A stretch of DNA of 63,907 nt, counting the filler, from Octopus bimaculoides (taxonomy: Eukaryota): the NCBI RefSeq assembly GCF_001194135.2. It is 12 parts of 8 records of this genome, joined end to end, with 100 filler letters (N's around TTAATTAATTAA, not from the genome) between each part and the next. Parts side by side here need not be neighbours in the genome. Positions count along the whole stretch, not along the records: positions 32,625 to 48,276 come from NC_068983.1; 11 more parts are not named here. One strand, written 5' to 3'. Under the pieces are notes generated by a model that saw nothing but the letters and a program-made list of their open reading frames with translations, was not told the origin of the DNA and did no database searches. Shown here piece after piece: positions 36,251 through 47,470 of the stretch (positions are counted from its first letter, which is position 1; each line of letters begins with the position of its first letter). The position numbers and the translations under genes are program-made.

Positions 36251-36805
36251 GTCCTGATGCGGTACCAGGCACTGGCTCTCATTGCTTCCATTCTCAACTG
36301 ATAGGGAGTGTTATCATGAACATATTTTGTCTTGGCATAAAAAGATACGCTACAGTAAATATTCTACTCAATACCACAGATTTGCTTATCAGTTGCTTGA
36401 CGTTAACCAGTTGAGCATGTCCCTTGGTGGCTGACGATATGTGCATCTCTAATAACTAGCAGGAGTAGTGGGGGAGCATCATAGCCATGTGTTGAGAGGA
36501 AGTCTTTGGGGTTTGAATAATTCACCTCTGGAAACATGGGTGTTTCGTTCATCATTCTTAAACTACACTGATTCAGTGACCTTTTGAGCGGGATGGGCTA
36601 CTTGATCTGAACAAAATTCTAACTGGGCTCCAAACCTGCAAGGTCATGTGCTGTTTCATTTTGATATGAGATCACCATGTCACGCACATATGGTTGTGAT
36701 GCATGTGTCTGGTGTACCCTTATCAGACAGGTCGTCATGGTAGGTATATTGGGCTTCATATATTTGTACCCCAGTGTCACGATGGTATGCACTACTCTCT
36801 CCTTC
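36251..36805 (+). mobile_element. ~555-bp non-coding element embedded in (AAT)n (family N)
   Basis: Homologous to 50884-51220 (minus). Both copies have (AAT)n on both sides. No ORF and no Pol III boxes seen. Confidence 0.8.
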
Positions 36806-36915
36806 AATAACAATAATAATAATAATGAATCTAATAGCATATGGGAACCGGTATTGAGGAAGGATAGAAAAATAATAGATTTATAAGCCTTAAAATTCAC
36901 CCCATAATTGCCCAT

Positions 36916-37168
36916 GGGCATATGGCGTAGTGGTTAAGAGCGCGGGCTACTAACCCCAAGGTTCCTAGTTCGATTCACGGCAGCGACCTGAATAATAATA
37001 GTAACATCGATAGGAATGAGATCCCAGGTTCGAAATTTCCCCAAGACACCTGACGAAGGCTGGAGGGTATATCAGCCGAAACGTTGTGTTAACAACAAAC
37101 AAGATGAGGACGAATATCCGTCAAATGTAAATAATGTAAATAATTCCTCATCTCTTAAATATAGAACT
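36916..37168 (+). mobile_element. tRNA-headed SINE-like element carrying a minimal hammerhead ribozyme
   Basis: A-box TGGCGTAGTGG (36923-36933), B-box GTTCGATTC (36968-36976), short (AAT)n, hammerhead 37045-37090, and a 3' stem AGATGAGGA/TCCTCATCT (37102-37153). Confidence 0.8.
37045..37090 (+). ncRNA. minimal type-I hammerhead ribozyme
   Basis: Stem I GACAC/GTGTT; core CTGACGA (37050-37056) plus an extra A; stem II GGCTG/CAGCC; GAAA; palindromic ACGT stem III; cleavage triplet GUU (37083-37085). Confidence 0.75.
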
Positions 37169-37554
37169 GTAGAATCTAATACTGTACAAACCNNNNNNNN
37201 NNNNNNNNNNNNNNNNNNNNNNNNNNNNNNNNNNNNNNNNNNNNNNNNNNNNNNNNNNNNNNNNNNNNNNNNNNNNNNNNNNNNNNNNNNNNNNNNNNNN
37301 NNNNNNNNNNNNNNNNNNNNNNNNNNNNNNNNNNNNNNNNNNNNNNNNNNNNNNNNNNNNNNNNNNNNNNNNNNNNNNNNNNNNNNNNNNNNNNNNNNNN
37401 NNNNNNNNNNNNNNNNNNNNNNNNNNNNNNNNNNNNNNNNNNNNNNNNNNNNNNNNNNNNNNNNNNNNNNNNNNNNNNNNNNNNNNNNNNNNNNNNNNNN
37501 NNNNNNNNNNNNNNNNNNNNNNNNNNNNNNNNNNNNNNNNNNNNNNNNNNNNNT

Positions 37555-38859
37555 AGACCAGCCTAGGGCTGATGAAAATGGAGTAATGATTGAAAGAGTT
37601 AATGTAACTAATAAGCAAAATGAAATACTCTCTGAACAACCATAAACACTAAGGCAGATAAAAATCAAATAGATGAAGAAAGTCACACACTCTCCCAAAA
37701 ATTCGCAATTCTAACCAAAACCTGAAAATAATTGGTAAAATCCGCCTTGCACTTAAGGATATAATTTCAGCTAATGATGTTGATATTACAGATCTCAACC
37801 ACCTGTACTGTGTTTCCGCGAAAATCTCAACGATTCTATGTGGTGAAAAGATTAGAAAACGACAACATTCCCGCAAAAAGCCTTCTTGGCAAGAGCGCAT
37901 TCAACACCAAATTAAGCTACTTAGGTATGGCATAGAATATCTGAAAAACCTTAAGTCTAACAAGACTATCAAACTACAAAAATTATCAAACCTACCGAAA
38001 ATTAAAGAAAAACTATATGAAAACCATATTTGACATTGATATCACCATAGAAACCATCAAGTAAAGGGTATGTGCTAAAGCTGCCCGCACAGCAAGGTAT
38101 GAAAAGCGCGTTAGATTCTTCAAGGACAACATATTGAAAAAAAAACCAAAAAATTTTTACAGGAAGATAGGGACGATACCAATTATAGTAAAGTCTGTCT
38201 CATCAAAAGAAGAAGTGCAGGAATTTTGGTATAAAATTTAGGCAGAAGAAAAAACACACAATGGATTGATAGAATATCTACAGACTTAGACTCCTTAGAG
38301 GAGCAAAAGTGGGAGGGTGTCAAGGTAGAAGATATAAGATCTGCTCTCAGGAGGTCAAGCAAATGGAAATCTCCAGGAAATGATAAAATTCCTAACTTCT
38401 GGTTGAATGCCTTCCCAGAGAGCCATGAACTGCTAACAAAACTTTACAACGATGTTTTGCAACATCCTAGTATGATTCCCTCTTGGCTATTTAAGGACTT
38501 AACATTCCTACTTCCGAAAAGTGAAGAAACAAATGAACCAAAAAAATTATCGACCCATAACCTGCTTAACAACAATGTATAAAACGCTAGCATCTGTCCT
38601 GACTGAATATACCTATAGTTTTTTAATAGAAAGTGGCATATTCCCAAATGAGCAAAAAGGATGTAAACGTGGATCTTATGGTTGTAAAGATCAGCTACTC
38701 ATCAATAAGATGATCTTAGAAGATTGTCACAAACGACACAAAAACTTGTCAATAGCCTGGATAGACTATAAAAAAGCTTTTGATAGCCTACCACATAACT
38801 GGATTAAGAAATATCTGGAAATGTATAAAATAGCTCCTACTCTACAATATTCTTTATGA
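37555..38859 (+). mobile_element. R4/Dong-type family Y: N-terminal region + RT domains (pseudogene)
   Basis: [67 protein letters not shown]; with stops and frameshifts. Confidence 0.93.
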
Positions 38860-40850
38860 AAGACAAAAGCAAGGGTAATATAGCAAGCAATTATAGACCA
38901 ATTACTTGCTTGCCATTAGTGTGGAAGTTGTTAACAGGAATGCACATAGAAAGCATTTACAAGCACCTTGACAGCCAGAATTTGCTGCCAGAAGAACAGA
39001 AAGGTTGCAGGAAGAAGACTAGAGGAACGCATGTTCTATTATACATAGACAAAGCAGTTCTAAATTAAGTAAATTTTAGAAAGAAAAATTTAACAATCGC
39101 ATGGATATATTATAGGAAAGCCTATGACATGATTCCATACTCATGGATAAGTGAATGTCTGAGTATATTCAGTATTTCAGACAACATAAGAGAATTAATT
39201 AGCTTTAGCATGAAGAAATGGACTCGGTGACATAGCCTTATGGAAAGTTAATATCAAGAGAGGAATTTTCCAAGGAGACTCATATTACCGTTTAACATTT
39301 GTCTAACGTTTAATCCTCCTCAGTTTAGTGTTAAGGGCGGCAAAAGCAGAGTGTCAATTCAGAAATAAAAAGGAAAAATTAACCATTTCCTCTACATGGA
39401 TGATCTGAAGCTTTTTAGTAAGAATGAAAAAGAGTTAGATTCCTCAATACAGACTGTAAGAGTCTTCAGCAAAGATATAGGCATGGAATTTGGCATAGAT
39501 AAGTGTGCCATATTAGTCATGAAAAAGTAATAGGTAGTCAACAGTGAAGGTATCCAATTACCAGATGGCCAGACATAAAAATCACTGTAAGAAAGAGAGA
39601 GCTATAAGTATCTCGGAGTACTAGAATCTGACAGAACGAAACTTCAGTACATCAGAAGGATTAGGAAGCTAATAAAGTCAAAGCTAAATGGTCCGAATCT
39701 AGTGAAGGCTGTAGATACTGAGGTAGTGGCAGATTTTTTAGATTGGACCAAATCTGAATTAGCAAATCTAGACAGAAGAGCTAGGAAGGAATTCAATATG
39801 AATGGAGTACTTCACTCAAGATCAGGAGTAGCAAGATTATACTTACCTAGAAATGAAGGTGGAAGAGGGTTATTATCAGTAGAAGACTATATGGAGTTAA
39901 CTAGAGTAGATACAGCCTCCTATGTAGGTAATAGTGAAGAATGTTTATTAAGAGCTGCTAGAATCACAGTAGACGCCAAAAACTCAAATGAAGTTAAAAA
40001 CCAGAAAAAAGAAGAAAGATTATCTCATTGGCAAGAGAAGGCTTTGCATGGTAGACTCCCAAGGATAATTTCAGAAAATAGTAATTGCGAGACATGGTTA
40101 TGGTTGCAGAAAGAGGGGCTGAAAATGGAGGCAGAAAGTTTGTTAGTAGCAGCACAAGATCAAGCATTGAGGACCAATTGGATAAAATCCAAGATAGTAA
40201 AAAAAAATGGGAGATTCCCAATGTAGTTTATATAAATCAAAAGAGGTAAGTGTTTCTCATTAGTGAGTGAATGCAGCATGCTGGCACAAAAAGAATACCA
40301 AAAAAAAAAAAGACATGACAACCCAGGGAGAATAATCCACTGGGTTATGTAGAAAAGCTAGGATTTGACCATAATGATAAATGGTATGAACATGAACCTA
40401 GTAAAGTACTAGAAAGTAAGAAATATAAGATGTTGTGGGATTTTAACATTCAGACTGACATAGTATTAGAAGTTAGAAGGCCTGATTTAGTAGTAGTAGA
40501 CAAAGAGAATAAAAAGTGCCAGATGATTGACTTTGCAGTTCCAAATGATGAAAAAGTCAATATGAGAGGTATAGAGAAAATAGCAAAGTACCAGTACCTA
40601 GCCATTAAGTTATAGAGACTATGGAAAGTGCGGGTAAAATGTATCCTAGTAGATGTATTAGGAACTATCCCTAAAGATTTGAACAGATAGATAGAAGAAA
40701 TAGGCATAAAACCTAGCTTAGTACAGCTCCAGAAAACTGTTATTAGGGACAGCTAGAATACTTAGGAGAGTTCTTGGCATCTAAGGTTACTTGTAGCCTG
40801 ATATTAGGATTTTTTCTTTCCCAGTAGTCCAATCTGTTGTGCGTATATGA
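38856..40850 (+). mobile_element. R4/Dong family X: RT to 3' end (pseudogene)
   Basis: [83 protein letters not shown]. Confidence 0.93.
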
Positions 40851-40984
40851 AATAATAAGTACCATCCTATATTCTGCAATAAACCCGAGAAAGATTCTTG
40901 AGATTTGAGGAGACTTGTTATCACTAAACCTTAAGATAACATTCCTGCTGATTAAAATAGCATCAAACAACAACAACAACAAGG

Positions 40985-41292
40985 GAAGAACTATGATGAA
41001 TTGAAGTGAGAAGTACCCAGGTTGTGGGCAATGAAGAGAGTAGACACGACACCAATTGTAATTGGTGCGCCTGAAATTATCAGAACCCAACTACCAACAT
41101 GGCTCGAAAAGACTAGAACAAATATAAAGATGGAACATCTACAAAATTTTCATTACTTGAAATTGCAAGAGTTCTCCGCGTGGTTCTTGAAGCCTGAACA
41201 GTAAACAATTGTAACCTTAGTCTGCTGGCTATGGGCAACTGATACTTTCCATCATACCCAGAAAAATACGCCGAGAGTTTTCAGGAAATATT
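40985..41292 (+). mobile_element. R4/Dong-type 3' end
   Basis: YDELK.EV.RLWAMKRVDTTPIVIGA; followed by (AAT)n at 41293-41372. Confidence 0.75.
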
Positions 41293-41299
41293 GATAATG

Positions 41300-41373
<74 letters not shown>

Positions 41374-41379
41374 TCTTCA

Positions 41380-42735
41380 ATGAGAGCGATTGAGAAAGGG
41401 CAGTGATATAAGTACTTGGGAATACTGGAAGTAGACGAAATTTAAAAAATCATGAAATGAAACGACCAGTAGGGAGTACACTTGGAGAGTAAGAAAATTG
41501 TTGCAGTCAAAGCTGAATTCACAAAATCTTATTGAAACAAGAAATTCAAGGGCAGTACCCTTAATCAGATATGGAGTAAAAACGATATAAAGAAACTTGA
41601 CAGAAAAACTAGAAAGTTGTTGACAATGTATGGAGCCCACCATCTGAAAGCTAATATCAACCGGCTGTAATGAGGAGAGACCAAGGTGGAAGAGGCTTAA
41701 TAGCAGTAGAAGAATGTGTACAGAGGGAAAGAAAAGACCTAGTAGAGTTTACAGAGTAGCACAGGAAAACTACTAAAGACAGTGTATAAAGAACAGGTGA
41801 TCAAGTGCATAATACAAGAAAAGGACAAGAATGAAACAAAACGAAAGCAAGCCAGACAAATTGAAGAGAAACCTCTGCATGGCCAATTTTGGAGAGCCAC
41901 AGAAGACGTATGTGGAACAAAATCTTGGGCTTGGTTAAAAAAAGGGGGGGGGGGGCAATTAAAAAAAAAAACAGAGAATCTAATTGTAGCAGCCCGAGTT
42001 CAAGCGATAAAAACAAACAACTTGAGAAAAATATATATGGAGATAATGTGTCAGAAAAATGTAGAGCTGTGGAACTTAGAACGAAACAGTAGCACACATT
42101 GTGGCAGAATGCCCCAAGTGGGCACAGGAAGACTATAAGAAATGGAGGCACGACCAGATTATAAAAGTTTTACACTGAAAACTGTGCCAGAAATGAAGAT
42201 TTGAAGCTGGAAACACACGGTATAATCACTGAGTCGAAAGAAATGTAAGAGTCGAAGAAATGCTGGAGTCGGAGAAATGTAAGATTTTGGGGGACTTTCC
42301 TATTCAAACGGACAAGAAGTTAGAAAACAGACCGGACATAACAATTATAGATAGAAAAGCGAAGCTGCTTACTTATTGACCCATTATGCCCGTTTGATTC
42401 CAGGATCATAAAGAAAGAGGACGAAAAATACAGTCCCTTAAAATTTGAAATAGGAAGAATTTGAAGCATGAGAGCAGTTAAGGTCGTGCCTATAATTGGT
42501 GCGCTGGGAGCAGTAAGCAATGATATAGCGAAATGGCTGAAAATTCGAATAGAATGCCCGGTAGAGCTCCTACAGAAAGTTTGTCTCTTAGGGACAACAA
42601 AGATTATCAGGAGAGTTCAAAGCGTTTGAAAGACAGCTGAAAACCCGTGGATACCTAAGTTTACAGGTAATAACCCGCTACCCATATAAATCCTACCAGG
42701 AATAAGACCGAACCTGAGCCAAACCAAAATAAAAA
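41380..42735 (+). mobile_element. R4/Dong-type 3' half (pseudogene)
   Basis: YKYLGILE, LDRKTRKLLTMYGAHH, EKPLHGQFWR, SWAWLKKG.LKK.TE.LI.AA, RPDI..., VVPIIGALGAVS, LLQKVCLLGTTKIIRRV. Confidence 0.88.
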
Positions 42736-43859
42736 TAATAACGTCGTAACATGTTGGAGATGTGAAAAGTCTTAGATTGTTCAGATACTGGTGTCTCTTA
42801 AAAGAAAAGGAATAATGATTCATTGATAACTACCGGACCTCTACTTTACAAAGGGAAGATGATACCATCGATTTTACTCCGACCATAACATACTAGAAAT
42901 AACAAAGAATAGTACAAAGAAAATCGAAAGTGTATACCGTACATGAAGCAATCAAACCCTATCCAATCTGAACTTCTACGAAGTTGACAGTAAATCTGTT
43001 CAAAGAGAGATTCTGAAACAAAACTGATCTAAAAATCTCTTTGTGCAAGACAATAACATGAAAGTTAAAGAAATTGTTAATATAAGCTATCTGTATTAAA
43101 CTTGTTCCATAGAGAAAACTAATACATGTAAAAACATTATTCCTAGGGACAGGAAGGTCCTCATGAGACAAAATATAAACATTTCAAATCGCTTAAATAA
43201 ACAACTTAATGGTAGCCAGGAGTCCCATTTATGAAAAAGCTCCCTTTTTAACATAGCCTCTTCCATGAAAAAACGAGGGGAGAGAGAGAAACTAAGATAG
43301 CTTGAAATATAAAAACAAAACCTAAGATCTTCTGCGAATGTACAAAAGAATCTACCTTGATGTGTCACAAGATGGTGTCACAATTCGAAGAAAATTGTAC
43401 TGCAGAACTTAACAAAATAAAAGAAATACTAAATAAACAATTCTAAAGTGTTTTCATTTCCCATTGTGAGATCTGCAGATAAATAACCCTAATGAGTTCT
43501 TCAAAATCACAGANNNNNNNNNNNNNNNNNNNNNNNNNNNNNNNNNNNNNNNNNNNNNNNNNNNNNNNNNNNNNNNNNNNNNNNNNNNNNNNNNNNNNNN
43601 NNNNNNNNNNNNNNNNNNNNNNNNNNNNNNNNNNNNNNNNNNNNNNNNNNNNNNNNNNNNNNNNNNNNNNNNNNNNNNNNNNNNNNNNNNNNNNNNNNNN
43701 NNNNNNNNNNNNNNNNNNNNNNNNNNNNNNNNNNNNNNNNNNNNNCAGAATTTCAAATCAGAACATGACAGACGAAATGTCACTAAGCATTTTTCCCGGT
43801 TTGCCAACGATTCTGCCAGCTCGACACCTTTAGGAGATTGTAATATTGGCATTAAATGT

Positions 43860-44058
43860 TGACACAAGGCCAGCAGCTTCGGGGAAGGGGTTGATTACAT
43901 CAACCTTAGTGCTCAACTGGTTCTTATTTTGTCGACCCCCGAAAGGATGAAGGGCAAAGTTGACCTCAGCAGAATTTGAACTCAGAACATAAGGACGGAC
44001 GAAATGCTGCTAAGCATTTTGCCCGGCGTGCTAGCGATTCTGCTAGCTCGCCGCCTTA
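43860..44058 (-). mobile_element. SINE family B full-length (plus a 5' fragment at 43746-43830)
   Basis: Collinear with family B; head ...GCTAGCTCGCCGCCTT at 44043-44058. Confidence 0.88.
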
Positions 44059-44837
44059 GAAGAGGTTGTAATATTGGCCATTGATGTAATGAGTTTGAAC
44101 TCAGCAATAAGCTTTGATGTTTTTCCAATTATTCCCTTAAAGAAATGCAAGAAGACTGACAAAATCACTGCAGATACTTTTCCAAAGTATTCTTCGATGT
44201 GGTAAACTTCTGGAAAAGTTAAAAGAAGGTTCAATATGCCTTATCTATAAAGGAGGAAGCAGAGCAGATATTAAAACTTACAGGCCTATCTCTTCGACCT
44301 CACACATCAGCAAAATAATGGAATGCATTATCAGAAGGAAAATAATTACGTTGGTAGATGAAAATGGTCTGCTTATTGACACACTATACAGCTTCCATCC
44401 AGGAAGGTATTGCCTCACACAGCTACTTGACGCTGAAGCAAGAGATCAATCATTTAAAATAAGATATGATGTATCTTAATTTTGCATAGGCCTCCGATAA
44501 AGTTGATTATAAAATGCCAGAAACTTCGTGACCTTAGTAAAGTTAGAAAACTTGGAAAGTGATTGCATAACTTTTTAAAAGGTATAAAGGTAAGAGTCAG
44601 GCAGTCGCAGCAAACAGTGCTCTCTTCAAGAAGACATCAATTCTAAGTAGAGTCCCTCTGGGAACTCTACTGAGATCATTATTGTTTGTGATGACTCTCG
44701 CAGAGATGGCCTCAGTCATGCAGTTAGCAGTTAGCCACTCTCACCAGCTATGTTGATATTACAAAAGTGACACAGACTGACTAGAAGTTTTATCATAACG
44801 CAAATCAACTGCAAAACATGAATGCAATATAAAAGTG

Positions 44838-45514
44838 GGATCTTTGGGGTTTGACGGGCAACATTTGTTTTCTTAACGAAACACTTTCAAACTTGGGACA
44901 CTGGTAGAATGTGTCATATAAAACAACTTCTTCTCTTAACCTTCTTAACAAAATTTTGTACATCGCAAGTTATTTCATGTTAAAGTTGTATTTCTGTAAT
45001 TTCAACCAATCACTGACGTCTATTCAGCTGAATACAATTACTGCTGTTTGGTGTCAAGTGTGTTATTCCCTGTTTAATTATATCATTATTCCCTAGTAAG
45101 GGTTTAGGGTTAGGGTTTTAGGGTTAGGGTTTTAGGGTTAGGGTTGGGGTTAGGGTTGGGGTTAGGGTTAGGGTTANNNNNNNNNNNNNNNNNNNNGCTA
45201 AAACCAGTACAAACGCACGAACGATGTCATAAATAAGAGTAACACGGGTAGTTGTTGACAAACAACGGGACTAATTTTATTCAAGGGAAAAGATCCCATG
45301 ACACCGTTACGGCATTAATTGTTTTCACCTCAATAGACGTCAGTGATTGGTTGAAATTACCGAAATACGACAGTTTTTTTTACATAAAATAACTTCGAAT
45401 ACAAAAGTTTTTATCTGTTCTATACCACAAAATATACAAATATTTGAAGTTTGAAAGTGTTTCGGTACCAAAAACACTACAAAAAAAATGTTGCCCGTCA
45501 AACCCCAAAGATCC
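44838..45514. mobile_element. non-autonomous DNA transposon (perfect 29-bp TIR, 8-bp TSD) with internal (TTAGGG)n
   Basis: GGATCTTTGGGGTTTGACGGGCAACATTT (44838-44866) / AAATGTTGCCCGTCAAACCCCAAAGATCC (45486-45514); TSD TAAAAGTG at 44830-44837 and 45515-45522. Confidence 0.95.
45099..45176 (+). repeat. interstitial telomeric repeat (TTAGGG)n with variants
   Basis: About 12 units including TTTTAGGG and TTGGGG variants, running into an N gap. Confidence 0.95.
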
Positions 45515-45942
45515 TAAAAGTGAACTGAAGAAAACGACACGTAGTTCAGTGCTGAAATTCCAAGCGTCTCGTTTTCAGCCCACACAGAGATTGCAATCAG
45601 AGTATACTGGGCTAGGGAGTATTGCAATCAGAGACACAAGCAGCGCATGATCTGGAAACTCGTGAGTAATGATGCATCATGCTGTATACGTAATATTAAG
45701 ATAAAAATATGCAGGCGAATGGCTGGTTGGATGCAGAGAATTTTCAGAATAAGAACAAAGGAAGCCATATTGATTCTACAGAGAACATTTGTTCTTTGCT
45801 GCCTGGACAGCGTTTTCTTTTACTTTTTAATTATAAGTCGCCACATAACGTGCACGTGCATGTGATGTGTATATGATTGTATAATACGTATAAATATAGC
45901 TTGTATATAAAATAGTGTATATTATATATATACATATATATT

Positions 45943-46125
45943 CGTTTCAGTCATTTGACTGCGGCCATTTTGGAGCACCACCTTGAAGGGTTTTAGTCGA
46001 ACAAATCGACCACAAGATTGAATTTTTTAAAGTCTAGTACTATTTTACCGAACCGCTATACTACGAGGACATAAGCACACCAACACCGGTTGTCAAGCGG
46101 GGATAGGAGGACAAATAGGCACAAA
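45943..46125 (-). mobile_element. SINE family A 3' half
   Basis: TTCAGTCATTTGACTGCGGCC...CCGAACCGCTA...GGTTGTCAAGCG. Confidence 0.85.
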
Positions 46126-46150
46126 ATCACACACACACACACACACACAG

Positions 46151-46188
<38 letters not shown>

Positions 46189-46197
46189 GTACGTATG

Positions 46198-46250
<53 letters not shown>

Positions 46251-46319
46251 ATATATANNNNNNNNNNNNNNNNNNNNNNNNNNNNNNNNNNNNNNNNNNN
46301 NNNNNNNNNNNNNNNNNNN

Positions 46320-46379
<60 letters not shown>

Positions 46380-47119
46380 TGTGTATATGTATATATACAT
46401 ATATGTATATATATGTGTATATATAGATATGTATCTGTATATAGGGAAAACATAAGTTCATCATATTCATTAAAAGAAAACATTCAGAGAAAGTAATAAG
46501 AATATGAAAATAGTTGTTGAAAAATATCGTTATAGGTATAAATATACCATAAACAATTATAGAAAAATGGAGGAGAAAAAGATGTTGCATCAAAATTAGA
46601 TTTAATACAAAATAGGATTCACTACATACGCGCGTTTCAAAGGACAATACAAATATGTCAGAAAAAAATTATAATCATAGTAATTATAATTAAATTTATC
46701 ATTGTCATTCTCATCAGTGTGAAGAATTTTTGGAAGGACATCAAAAAAGGTTTAATAAAATAAAGTAAAATATCATACAATAAAGGAGAATACAAAAGGA
46801 GTAATAGGGAAAAATCAGATATTTACAAGCAAGTTGTAAAAGGGGGAAAATAACAGTAATAATAATAGTGAGAGAGACAAAAGAGAAAAAGGATGACATA
46901 TCAATGCGTATACACGTCTATATGTGCAGTAAACTACAACATAAAGATAGGAATAAAAATCTGACGAATATGTTTTAAAAAATGGTAACCGGTCCAGACG
47001 AAGTATAATGAAAACAGGCCTACGTGTGTATAGTAGAATATAACGTAACAGGTGCACTAGCAGAAATAACCATAGACAGTTATACATATACACACTGATA
47101 TTGAAAAACGAGCGTTCAT

Positions 47120-47470
47120 ACACATAATTTTTCCCGTCTGGCCGTATAGCCTTTTCTGTTTGTTTTCCTGTATTGTTTTTTGTCCGCCACTACATTCCTC
47201 CATGGCAAGGTTTAATTTGTGTATACAAATTTAATTTGCGGTCCATGGGAAGAGCCGTTTTAGCGATGCGTCCTGCCCAGCTCTTCGAAACGCCGGTGTT
47301 AAAACGGGGGTAGCTGATGAAGAAGAATGTTCTCTATGTGGCTTGTGTGCTTTCTCGTCTACGTTTTATTTGCAATGTCCTGTACCCAGATATGCACCTA
47401 TACATACAGGTGGATGTCGGTATGCACATACCTGTACGTATATATGCATATACTCATTTACTATTTGTTN
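47120..47470 (+). mobile_element. Penelope-like UTR fragment related to the 58.6-59.0 kb palindrome arm
   Basis: TGTCCTGTACCCAGATATGCA...GATGTCGGTATGCACAT...ATATATGCATAT matches 58940-59016; contains CTTCGAAACG and CTGATGAAG. Confidence 0.45.

Larger units (their letters stand above)
42780..45820 (+). mobile_element. decayed CR1-like LINE ORF2, interrupted by a gap, two SINE-B copies and a MITE
   Basis: IIPRDRKVLMR and IKTKPKIF (43130-43340); RPISST SHISKIMECI, F..GRYCLTQL, SRVPLGTLL (44280-44700); resumes after the MITE with CRRMAGW..RIFR.R.KE.ILIL..TFVL..LD. Confidence 0.75.

Noticed and set aside
36251-36330. HDV-like ribozyme at the 5' end of family N
   Set aside because: Could not fit the nested P1/P2/P3/P1.1 order by eye; only a simple hairpin is supported.
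36916-36988. Possible tRNA gene (loop CT-ACT-AA)
   Set aside because: Anticodon and acceptor stems are mispaired and there is no T-rich terminator; it is a SINE head.
47249-47325. GAAGAGC/GCTCTTC-GAAACG ... CTGATGA-AGAAG (permuted type-II hammerhead?)
   Set aside because: No stem I can form between the putative cleavage site and CTGATGA, and no NUH follows GAAAC.
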